A stretch of DNA of 64,000 nt, from assembly GCA_000708835.1 (NCBI GenBank), contig DF237479.1, positions 115 through 64,114 of the forward strand, given 5' to 3'. Below, in pieces: positions 51,701 to 62,029 of the stretch. The stretch comes from Klebsormidium nitens. Its lineage: Eukaryota; Plantae; Klebsormidiophyceae. The notes beneath the pieces are model-generated. The model did not search any database, was not told where the DNA came from, and saw nothing but the letters and a program-made list of their open reading frames with translations. Position 1 is the first letter of the stretch. Each line of letters opens with the position of its first letter. The position numbers and the translations under genes are program-made.

Positions 51701-54201
51701 GGGTGAGCTCACGGTTAAAAATTTCGGTTAAGCATAGGTCAAGCACGGGTCGAGCATGGGTTGAGCACGAGGTCAGCCTGTGTTGAGCACGGTTTAGGCA
51801 AGGTTTACGAATGGGTTGAGACATTCTCTACAAGCTCGCCTACCTGGGGTGAGGAAACGGTCCCGGATCAGGACTGCGCCCAATTTGAGCCCCGGTTAGG
51901 AAGGGTTTGAACCGGGTTTGAGCCCCATTCGGGTCGGGATGGGCGCCCTGTTTGGCCTTCTTTCAGCTCGTTTTTCTGGATGAAGGAGCCCGGTGAGGGC
52001 GACTTTAGGTCCGGTTCACGGGTATTGAAGTTTCTCCTGCGCCCTCTTGGAAAGGGCCAGTCGTTTAGGCAGCTAAAGGCGGCTGGTTCACGAGTTCGAG
52101 CGATCCATGGTGCTTCTGTCGGAAAGATAGACGGAAGCTTCTAGCGGAAGCCAGTTGAGTCGATGCCACTCGTGCAATTGCGCTCTTTCGCTGAGGAGTC
52201 TGCCTTTGTTGGGTCTCGGCTGGATCTGCCCGGACTGTTTCTGCACAAAGTCAAAGTGGTCTTTCGTCCAAACACGAGCAATGCTCAGAGCGGTCGAAGC
52301 CAATTCGAGACGCCAGTCCATCGGTACTTGGATCAGCCGCAGGCGCCTTGAAGCGGCCTTGAGCGAAAGCGCTTACAGGGATGAGTTCAGGCTTTCAAAG
52401 CTCTGAATATTCTCCTTTCTTGACTCCTGCTCTCTCCGAACTTCAGATACTGTCGAGCGGTTCCACATCATGGCGCACCTTCTCTTCGTACTCGTCCAGA
52501 ACGTCCTCACGTCCGAAGAGCCCTGGGCCGTCGATCTTGCTCTGGTAAGGATCTGCACCGTTCACGAGCTCTTCCTCTGTGTTCGGCCACCGTACTGACT
52601 CGAGCACTCATGAAAGTCGGTGGTTTGATATCTTGAAGGAGTGGCCGGTGGGTGGATTGAGAGCGTTCTTCCGCTGCGAGCAGTACCGAAGAGCTGGGTA
52701 ACGTTCGCCGAAAGCAGCCGGGAGGAGGCGGGGACGACTGTCGGATACTCTTGAAGAGTCTTTCCGAGCGTATAAGGTGGACAGAGACAATCCAACGACT
52801 TTTCCTGGTGTTCTCGTTGAAGTCTGTGAGAGAGCGCAGGCTCAGAAACCATAAGAGGCGCTTGAATCTTGCCGGCGCTCCGAGTTACCACAGGCCTTCG
52901 GCGCACTCTCTTGACGCTCTTCTCAACTTCTCCCCGCAGAACGCGCTGATGATCGTGGTGTGCGAGGTCCTGGTTGACGTCATCAAGCACGCGTTCCTGG
53001 CCAAGTTCAACGAGATGAAGCCCGCCGTCTATGGCGGCTTCCTGCAGAGCCTCTGCTGGCAGGTCGGGCCCCGCTGCAAACTTTTCGAATCATTTCTTCT
53101 GGTTCAGGAGCTTGAGTCGGTCGAAGACGGGGCCTCTGTACTGTGAGGTCGCGCGCCATGCGGACCTCGCTTGTTCGCATCCACACGGGTTGTCCAATCA
53201 GTAGACTAGTTGCTTCTTGCATTCCTTCTCAACCCGGAGCTCGATTGCTGGAGTCTCGCTTTAGGTTGGACCCTCCGAGGCTCCCTTTCCTTTCTTCTGG
53301 CTTTGTCTGACAGCGCGGTCCTCTTCCGTGCAGACGGTACAAAGCGGTTCACACCAAGTGCACAAGACGCTGTCGTTCGTGCCCTTGGCACCAGCGTGCG
53401 TGGTGAGTGTGAACGCGCCCCTGAAACCTGGTCATTATCCGTAGGTTCGCGCCCCACCAGATTCGGAGCTCAAAAAAGTTCATGAGGAAAAGAGCTGAAT
53501 TTTCTTCAGCTCACAGGAAAGATTGACCGGAAGTTGAAAATCCTCTTCGAGGGCCTTGAAGCGATCTTCCTCTCTGCTCAAGTCGGCTGTCGCCAAAGAC
53601 TGCTCGTCCAATCCCTTCTCAAGACGTATACTGCTTTTACCAGTGTGGGCGTAACTATCACGAAGCCCGGAAGCCCGACTCACCCTTTCCAGAACCCCGC
53701 CATTGAAGGAAAAGTACGTTCGACCGACAAGTTTATCCACAAAGAGCGCGGTTAAACGTTGCGCAGAAGGCTAGATTAGCTGCGCACCAACGAGAGAGGC
53801 CCTTCTTACTCCAAATGATGCAGTGAACTCTAACCTTACTGAGCAACATGAAGATCTTGACGGGACGAGTTGGGTTAATTAGGGATATGGGGTGGGTGTA
53901 GGCGCGCACCGATTAAGCTTTTATTTTCGGTTTTTCCACAGGTTGAGGGTATCTTGTTCGCTCATTCAAAAAGTACGCCCTTTCTCCGCAGGTTGTACGG
54001 GTTGTCTCGCCCCTCCTCCCCAAGATTCTCCCGGCAGGGCCCCCCTGGCTGACGGCCCTCCTAGCCATGCTCGTGTGCGTGTGCAGCATAGCGGTGCTGA
54101 CGCTCTCAAAAGTAGTGCTAGGACTGGGCTTACAGATGCACGCACGGTGGTACCTCAATAGGTGCATACAGAAGGGTCTCGCTCATCCACATCAGGATTG
54201 A
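45712..54201 (+). CDS. POD1: TAPT1 / POD1 / EMP65 family (DUF747) ER membrane protein
   Basis: Exons 45712-46888, 47283-47437 (RRERVYNTMFHVPWRVE), 47848-47954 (GFLVCLDSFLSLFTIMP), 48434-48596 (YHWIRGQAIIKLYVVFNVLE), 50610-50760, 51535-51702 (HNNALLTLLISNNFVEIKSNVFK), 52447-52544 (DTVERF), 52940-53062 (DVIKHAFLAKFN), 53334-53402 (FVPLAPACV), 53992-54201. All in phase. Confidence 0.93.
48154..48238 (+). repeat. Intronic minisatellite, 3 x 27-28 bp
   Basis: ccgcgacc(g/a)a(a)t(c/t)caagtgcagagcttt at 48154, 48181 and 48208. Confidence 0.9.
48540..50680 (+). repeat. Decoy donor and acceptor arrays in one TAPT1 intron
   Basis: Exon end plus donor (..AACGTGCTCGAG|GT) at 48596 (real), 48761, 48934, 49510 and 49728. 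Acceptor plus exon start (gcag|ATCATGGACAAGCTG..) at 49929, 50111, 50276, 50425 and 50610 (real). Confidence 0.9.
50761..51534 (+). other. U12-type (minor spliceosome) AT-AC intron
   Basis: 5' end ATATCCTCC at 50761; branch site TTCCTTGAC at 51515-51523; ends ..CGCAC|. Removal gives ..ATACY-V-VHSLIIMSQA in frame. There is no AG just upstream of this exon. Confidence 0.85.
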
Positions 54202-54785
54202 GAGGCGCCGTTAGACGTTCGGGACGGCGTCACCGGCAACATTGAGATCAGCATTGGTGAACGGTCAGTGTTTACTGAACAGGACAGTGCAAACGGCGGT
54301 TGCTAGAGGCTGAGACACGTACGTTTTTCGCGTGCATAAAACTTACGGAGCCATGCTCGTGCATCTATGCAATGGTGACTGGTACGATTACCGGGCGATC
54401 GAGCTATATAGGTGCATTGACATGCTAGCTATACCTGGGAGACCGCCATGGTATTTAATCATATGAAGTCCCGCTGCGCTTTGGATCTCCAGCTAGCACC
54501 AAGCTCTGCATGCTATGATTGCTGCTCGACTTCATTTGAAGACGAGTGCATGTAACATCCGTATGATGGATTTCCAGGCTGGGCACTTAAGCAGCTCTCG
54601 CACGGACACATCTTGACTGCATGTGATGCACGCAAACGACCATCGAGTCCTGTGCACACTGAACTCCACCATTTCCATGAAGTAGCAGCAGCACTCTTTC
54701 AAAACTGCAATTTGCATGTCAATCAATCTTGATTAAGCACGTCAGAGTGCCTTTGCGTGCATCTCCTATTGGTCGCCCCCTCTCC

Positions 54786-56965
54786 TTATCGCCCCCGCTT
54801 GAGTGCTGGGAAGACCACTGGCACTGGCAGCGTAACCTCGTACCCCGACCCGCTCCCCCCTGCTTCTTTCTGCGCCTTCGTAAGTTTCCGCACTTTGCAC
54901 CCCAGCTCTTTGTACCTCGGCACCAACTGCCCCACCGTCATTTGCAGCGCCGCCGCTACGTCCTCGGGATCGCTGCAAAACTGGTCCACATGCAAAGCCG
55001 CCACCAGGATATAAGCGATGGTCAGATCGGCAGACTTTTGCGGGCGCGCGTACTCGGTGCCTCCCCCCCGCCCCGGGAGCTTCGTCAAAAAGCGTTCCAT
55101 GAACGTCTCGAGAACGATGACCGGCATCCCGGCTTCTTGTGCGAGCGCTTCGACACCCCGCCCCGCAACGATTTCTTCGCTGTCGGCCCCCCGCCGACCC
55201 GAGCAGAAACGGTTCACTTTCTGGGGGGGCAAACGGTAAAACTCCACCAAATAAGCCAGATACGCCAGGCACTTGATCCGGTCGGCGCTCCCCCGGGGAT
55301 CCCCCTCGACCGATAGCTTATGCACCCGCTTCTTGACCAGATCCGAGATATCCCCCCCGAAATACATCTTGAGCGGGCGTTCGGGATGCCGGGCGGCTTT
55401 CTGGTAAGGCTCCAGATCCAGCGCCTTTTGCACTTCGGGGGGTATGAGGAGTTTGACGGGGTAGACACCGGCGGGTGTGGTGGCCTCAGGATTGCAGGGG
55501 GGGATGAGACGACTCTCCAGTGAGGTGACAGAGCGGGTTGCTTCTTCTCGGGTGGGGACAGCAGCGACGGCAGAGGAGAGCAGGGAGGTGAGAGCTTTGG
55601 GGGCTGCGATTGTATCTTCTTCGACCTGCAGAAAACACTGCTGTGAGAAGAAGCCACTGGACGGAATGCAAGGGTTTCACTGTTGCAAAGTTTGAAGGGA
55701 CTGGCTTGCGATGATTGTCAAGTATGACTGCTGAATGCTGATTTGCAAAACTTTCGATGCATGATGAGGATGATGGAGGTGATTAAAAATTGCGCCACAC
55801 TTGGGTTGAAGGACTGTTCTTTGAACGAAGAACGCAATCTTCTGAGTCCATAGATAACTTCTCACAAGCTGGGCTGACACACAAGACTCCACCGGAAGCT
55901 GTCCATTCTCCTCCCCTAAAACAGTCCAGTGTGCATTACCTTTTCTCGTTGCCGTGCGTTCTGTTGGACGCGCGCCTTCCGGCTGCCAAACGTTTCCACG
56001 AGCATCTCCCGCTTTGCGCGGCGCTCCGCCGCAACAGCAGCTTGATCCTTCTCCAGTTCTTCATCTGGGACGGAGGCCGCAGCTTCGTCGTTTTCGTACT
56101 CTAGACCAGGCACTCGTGGCTCCATCCTGAAGACCTGAAAGAATTTGAGAAGATGCAAAGAATCTAAGAAGATGCAAACAGAACCAGAAAGAATCTGAGA
56201 AGATGCAAACTGAACAAGTCTCCATCTCTCGTCAACTGACGCTGCCTGCAGACTTCTCATCATTGAGTTCGGAAAATCAAGGCCCAAAATTCCATCAGCC
56301 TTTGGCAAAGTGGCACTTGACTATTTTAAGCACACAATCTGTTGTTGGAAAAGACCTTCTAAAAGCAACAAAGAGCTTCAGAGAAGGACTGGGCATTGCA
56401 TATGTATATGCCGAAAGGTCGACTTGCTCATAGACACTGCCAATCACCCAGGTTACTTTCTTCAACAGAGGGAGCGCAATGTCCAGACAACTGGTATTTC
56501 AAGCAGAGCGCCCCGCACTGAGCAGCACTCAGTTCAGCAACACTGCCAATCAGCATATGAACCTTTCCGCACCTTGTCGCCACCTACAGCCGTTACTTTC
56601 AGCGTCCCCTCCACCTTGTTGAACAGACCCACAACATAGCGGCTCCCTTGCTTCGTTGGAAAGTTTGCACCGACATAATCAATCCCGCTTCCCCTTCCAA
56701 GAAGAAGCTGGTGCTTTCCCCTGAACGGGGCCGTACTCCGAAAGGCCTCAAATGTAATTCCTTCTTTCTGATCAGGTGCACTTCCATTTTCGGCAGGGTG
56801 GTGTGGATTGTCGGGTAAGCCCGCTGGGAAAAAGGCAGCGTAAGGAGCTAGAGAACCCTCCGCTGCAGGGGCATGCTCAATGCTGACTTCGAGCCGTCTC
56901 TTCTTGGAACTTGATGCAAGCAATTGCGGGACGTCCTTCTCCTTTGCCATCTCCCGCTTGTGCAT
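54786..56965 (-). CDS. RPA49: RNA polymerase I subunit RPA49 (A49/PAF53-like)
   Basis: Exons 56965-56573 (IDYVGANF..YVVGLFNK..TLKV), 56134-55940 (LVETFGSRKAR), 55625-54786 (LIPPCNPEATTPAGVYPVKLLIP..YKELGCKV..VTLPVPVVFP). GT-AG, phase 0. Confidence 0.85.
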
Positions 56966-57306
56966 CACAAACTGCCTCTGTAGACCGGCAGCGGCGACGG
57001 CAGCGGCGACAGTATTTCAGCAAAAGCCCAGACGAGTATCAGCACATCTTATCGTTTTCGTATTTACACAAGTGGTTGCCACGTGACAGAAATGCTTGTA
57101 AATTCATGAGCGAGTACGACCCTGTTGAAGTTGAAGTACCATAGGTGGTTGCTTCGGACAACCTGATTACCTAAGGCAATGCCGCCATGGCCTGTAAATG
57201 CAGAACCAGCCTTCAGCCTTCAGGAGTGAACAGAGCTCTTGAAGCCAATGGTAATGGCAACCGGAGACGCCTTACCATTACCGTTTCTAAGTACGTACCC
57301 CTGCTT

Positions 57307-57890
57307 CAGTGTTAAGATTAACTTTTTCAATTGGGAGTCCCGGGACACCTTGGGGTGTGTGACGTGTCATTGGGCGTTTTTTGGACACCCCAGGGATTTC
57401 GATTGGGTGTCCCGGGTGTCCCAGCTGAGGACGCCTTTCAAGGCCCATTTTGGCGTCCAGATTGCCTCGGTAGTAGGGACATGCCTGTCATCGAGTGATC
57501 ACACCGATTTTAGCCCAGGTGCTCTTTACAGTACGAAGCTCAATCTAATAGTGCTGTAGCCTGTACACCGGCTACGTTGCGTAGCTAAAGCTGCCCGTCA
57601 CCATACCGGTAATACTACCGTAACTGGTCAGTGTTAAAACTAAAAAGTCTGATAACATGGAACTTAATCAGGATATATCAGGAAAATACCAGATTATGAA
57701 GAGAAATCGGCCCCCTGCTCGGTAACAAGGGATTGACTTTGGGATCTCGGTCTGGCAATTGGGTGTCCTTGAGACCCCCTGACTTGGTCAAATGGGCGTC
57801 CTTCGGACACCCTGGCGACCCCCTTCGGGGGCTCGTTTTGGCCATTGGGTGTCACTTTTACATGAGAGGGGACACCCAATCTTAACACTG
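57307..57890. mobile_element. Non-autonomous hAT element (584 bp)
   Basis: TIR CAGTGTTAAGATT...AATCTTAACACTG with a perfect 8-bp TSD CCCTGCTT (57299-57306, 57891-57898). Many subterminal GACACC/GGTGTC motifs at both ends. Confidence 0.88.
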
Positions 57891-58222
57891 CCCTGCTTCA
57901 TGATTTTTGTTAGGTACGGTGCTTGACATTCAGTAGCAGCGACGGCCCGGGAGTCGGGACTCGGGAGGACCGTTTTGTCGTGTACCGNNNNNNNNNNNNN
58001 NNNNNNNAGGCCCTAGTCATGCCGACTGAGGACCCTGAGGGCCAGAAGGCCGCCGGGCTGCTCCAAGAAGGAGGACCGTTAGTACAGTACTGTGAGAGGC
58101 TGAGCCTGAGATACATTAGGCCGTCAAGGCCAACAAAAACCTAAGAATCTCATCCCGAATTGGCAGGCCGGCGGCGGGGGTGCCTGTCACACCTCTGAGC
58201 ATCATGTGTATGAGTGGCAATA

Positions 58223-58434
58223 CCGTACCGATTGTCCGGTTGGGCAACAATTAAATATTCTTCGACTTGCCCAAAAATCTGAATGTAAAATAAATTCGAA
58301 TTACAAATCTGCAAGCCATTTTGCCCCGTACGAAAACAAAATAAATTAGTAAAATGAAGCTGCTCAAATTCCATAGCATACGAAATTAATTATTGGGCAA
58401 AAATTTGCCCAAGGTGACCGGACAATCGGTACGG
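58223..58434. mobile_element. Tc1/mariner(pogo)-like MITE (212 bp)
   Basis: 18-bp perfect TIR CCGTACCGATTGTCCGGT...ACCGGACAATCGGTACGG, TA on both flanks, AT-rich interior. Confidence 0.75.
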
Positions 58435-59222
58435 TAGTAGATCAGACTGAAAACAGTGAGTATATTGATTGAAGCATGTTACCGGTACCACGAATATGAA
58501 AGAGTTCATAAGCTCGAAGTGCCAGATTCTTTAATATTGACATGCTGTAATTGCCCATGGATGGCAAACAAGAGCTGGATGTAATCCGTTTTGCAATTAA
58601 GACCATCACAATATATAAGGAAAGTGTCACTCAGTACTGTAAGGTAGCAGTTGGGAACTTGGGAGTCGGGAGCTGGAATCCAATTTCGGGGATGCATAAT
58701 GCACGGTACGTACCACAGATCCGGACGTACTCCAGAAGATCTACAGTCTATTTATTACAGTAATTTATAAACTCCAGACAGATCAGTGGTCACCTGGCCC
58801 CTGGGCCGCTAATGTACAATGTCGATACCTAGCCCTTGCATGGAAGTACCTCCTGACACTGGTCCTGAAGGGCACAGTAGGTAGAGGGTATGTAGAGAGA
58901 TGGCGCTAGCTGTCTTATGGCAGCCGTTGTCCTGAAGGCTGAAGACTCGATCGGCATTGTTTGAAAGTAATCAAGTGCTGCAAGGTGAGCTGGTCAGCCA
59001 ATGCATTAGTTGCAATCTGGCAAAAAACTGACTTTTTCTTGAGCTTTTTGTTGGCACCTCTGCAATGCTCTCCTATTGCTCTTGCCATCTGACCATCTGA
59101 CCATCTGCCTCCATAGTGTCATAATGCAAGGCCTTCTAAGCAGGTGATGAGACCAGTGAGAAATGTTGAGCACTGCTCAAATTTATATGAAGTATTAACT
59201 GGAAACTTGCTGATTGTTCTGC

Positions 59223-60004
59223 NNNNNNNNNNNNNNNNNNNNNNNNNNNNNNNNNNNNNNNNNNNNNNNNNNNNNNNNNNNNNNNNNNNNNNNNNNNNNN
59301 NNNNNNNNNNNNNNNNNNNNNNNNNNNNNNNNNNNNNNNNNNNNNNNNNNNNNNNNNNNNNNNNNNNNNNNNNNNNNNNNNNNNNNNNNNNNNNNNNNNN
59401 NNNNNNNNNNNNNNNNNNNNNNNNNNNNNNNNNNNNNNNNNNNNNNNNNNNNNNNNNNNNNNNNNNNNNNNNNNNNNNNNNNNNNNNNNNNNNNNNNNNN
59501 NNNNNNNNNNNNNNNNNNNNNNNNNNNNNNNNNNNNNNNNNNNNNNNNNNNNNNNNNNNNNNNNNNNNNNNNNNNNNNNNNNNNNNNNNNNNNNNNNNNN
59601 NNNNNNNNNNNNNNNNNNNNNNNNNNNNNNNNNNNNNNNNNNNNNNNNNNNNNNNNNNNNNNNNNNNNNNNNNNNNNNNNNNNNNNNNNNNNNNNNNNNN
59701 NNNNNNNNNNNNNNNNNNNNNNNNNNNNNNNNNNNNNNNNNNNNNNNNNNNNNNNNNNNNNNNNNNNNNNNNNNNNNNNNNNNNNNNNNNNNNNNNNNNN
59801 NNNNNNNNNNNNNNNNNNNNNNNNNNNNNNNNNNNNNNNNNNNNNNNNNNNNNNNNNNNNNNNNNNNNNNNNNNNNNNNNNNNNNNNNNNNNNNNNNNNN
59901 NNNNNNNNNNNNNNNNNNNNNNNNNNNNNNNNNNNNNNNNNNNNNNNNNNNNNNNNNNNNNNNNNNNNNNNNNNNNNNNNNNNNNNNNNNNNNNNNNNNN
60001 NNNN
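59223..60004. other. Assembly gap (N run); other gaps at about 4124-4143, 25738-26678 and 57988-58007
   Basis: Runs of N; ORF calls spanning them are artefacts. Confidence 0.99.
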
Positions 60005-62029
60005 AACATCAACGCGCGTCCTTTTTGGCTGCCGTAGCACAGTGGTAGTGCTTCGGACCGTCACACTTTTTGCCAACTTTCGCCCACTTTTGCCGGATTA
60101 TCTTGTTGTTTACAATCTTGTCAGGAGTTGCATTTTAAGTTTGTGGCGTTTCAAATCAAGGTAGCACCTTTTTGAAAGCCAGCCGTTGGTGCAAACCCTT
60201 CTCGAGATCTACTTCAAGTCAATGTGCACATTCTGCAGAACTCTCTTCAAGCCCTCACACTGTAGTATCCAAGTACAACACTCTACTTTGATAGAATGAC
60301 TGGCAGATCCAGGATTGCTGATTGTAACAAAAAGAAAGCAATTCTTCTATGCGAAACAGGCAGCGATAGAAGTTCGATCAACCATAGCTCTTGAACCTGA
60401 AACGCTCCGGCAGGTCATCAGGGCTGCTCTTGGTCATCAGACAATCTAATGACTAGTATTTTGGGTTCGTGCTTGCATCGCCTATGCAGTGAAGTGTGTC
60501 GCGCAGTGCAACCTCCTATGAGTAATCAACAAATGCTGGAAGCGAGTAGAAAGCTTATCGAGACAGCAACAGTCAAGAATGCCATGAGACAAGGCACTGT
60601 GATAAGCCGCACAGGCACTTCTGATTGGTTGAATATTCCGTTGCATCAGATTGACCTCCTGTCAATCTTCTGCAGACAGGTTTGGTCCAGGTAAAATTAT
60701 TAGATTCTTAGAGAGAAATAAAGTCAAGCCTGGACTACTCTGGCTTAACAGTCCTAGAAAAGGCCCTTGAACACCAACACAAAAGATGCTGCCTACAGCC
60801 ACTCACCTTCTGGTGTTGCTCCTACAGGTTGCGGCTCAGGCTGTTGTTGTGTGGAGGATTGGCAATCCGATAGCTGAAGTGTCACCTCCCCAAAGATGGC
60901 AACGACCCCTGCTTCCGAACCGGTGAGCTCAAGGGGTTCACTTCTGCACACTGGCTCTAATTGTGAATGCTGTTCAATGTGGCCGCAGGCTTTATTTCAA
61001 GTCCTTTTTCGCAGTGTGTTGGATTATGTGTCCCTCGAGGTGCATCAGTCAGAAGCTCAACTGAAGGCGCATCTTTTTAGATACCGGGCTCTGTGGCTGC
61101 AAGCAATACCAACCGCAACTTCCACGCAATTGCTGAAAATCTTGGTGCGTCACGCTTGGTTGGTGATGCAGTTTGATTGAAAGTAAGTTGCTTCACATAC
61201 CATTTGGAAGATGTCAAGAGTAATTTAAGGATGAAGGTCTCCCTAGCCACAGAGGTTTTATGCGGACATGCGGGCCAATGCAATAAGCTTTTTTGAGAAT
61301 TCAGAAAATGCATATTTGGCTCAATAAAGTCGGTCACCCGAGCATGCTCATTTTCGTTGGCAAAGGAACACTCAAGAAAGTCAAGCTAGCTTCCCAACTT
61401 GTTTGCTTTCCTTGAAGAAACGGCTGCCTGCATTGTCATTGTTCTGAAGCTCAATCCTGATGAACAGACCTAGATTTCATTTGATGCTTAATTATAGCTG
61501 GACGTATGTGCAAAAGCTTTGCTGTATGCCTGCTTGTCTGTAAAAGGGGATCGTTGAGATATGAAAGCACATTGATGCCAATGTGCCGCTTTTCTCTCCT
61601 ATTGTTGATGATCCCGGTGTTTGGTCATCTGGATTGGCATGTCAATTTTGAATGGGCAGACTGCAGTACCAGCATAGGAGGAGTTTTTTTTTCTGCTTGT
61701 TGCTCACAAAACGGAAAAAGGCAGCATCGAAGCCTTGTGGTCGCGGATCCTTTTGTCAGAAAGCAAAGAAATTGGACAACCACCGCAGGGACTTGGGTTC
61801 TGACTGCCCACACAAACTTGTGGATGTAGATGAGGCGCTAAATCCAAGCAGAAGAATCTTTGCAATTCAAAGTAGTGTCAACATTTCCAGGTTCCTATTG
61901 TCCTCTTGTGAGGGGGAGTGTTGAACAGTTTTTGTCAGGAAAGGTACTCAGCAGGCAAGTACTTGAGCTGATCATAATTCCGTGCCATCAAATCAGGCTG
62001 CTGATTGTTGATTGTTGCTCATATTGCAG

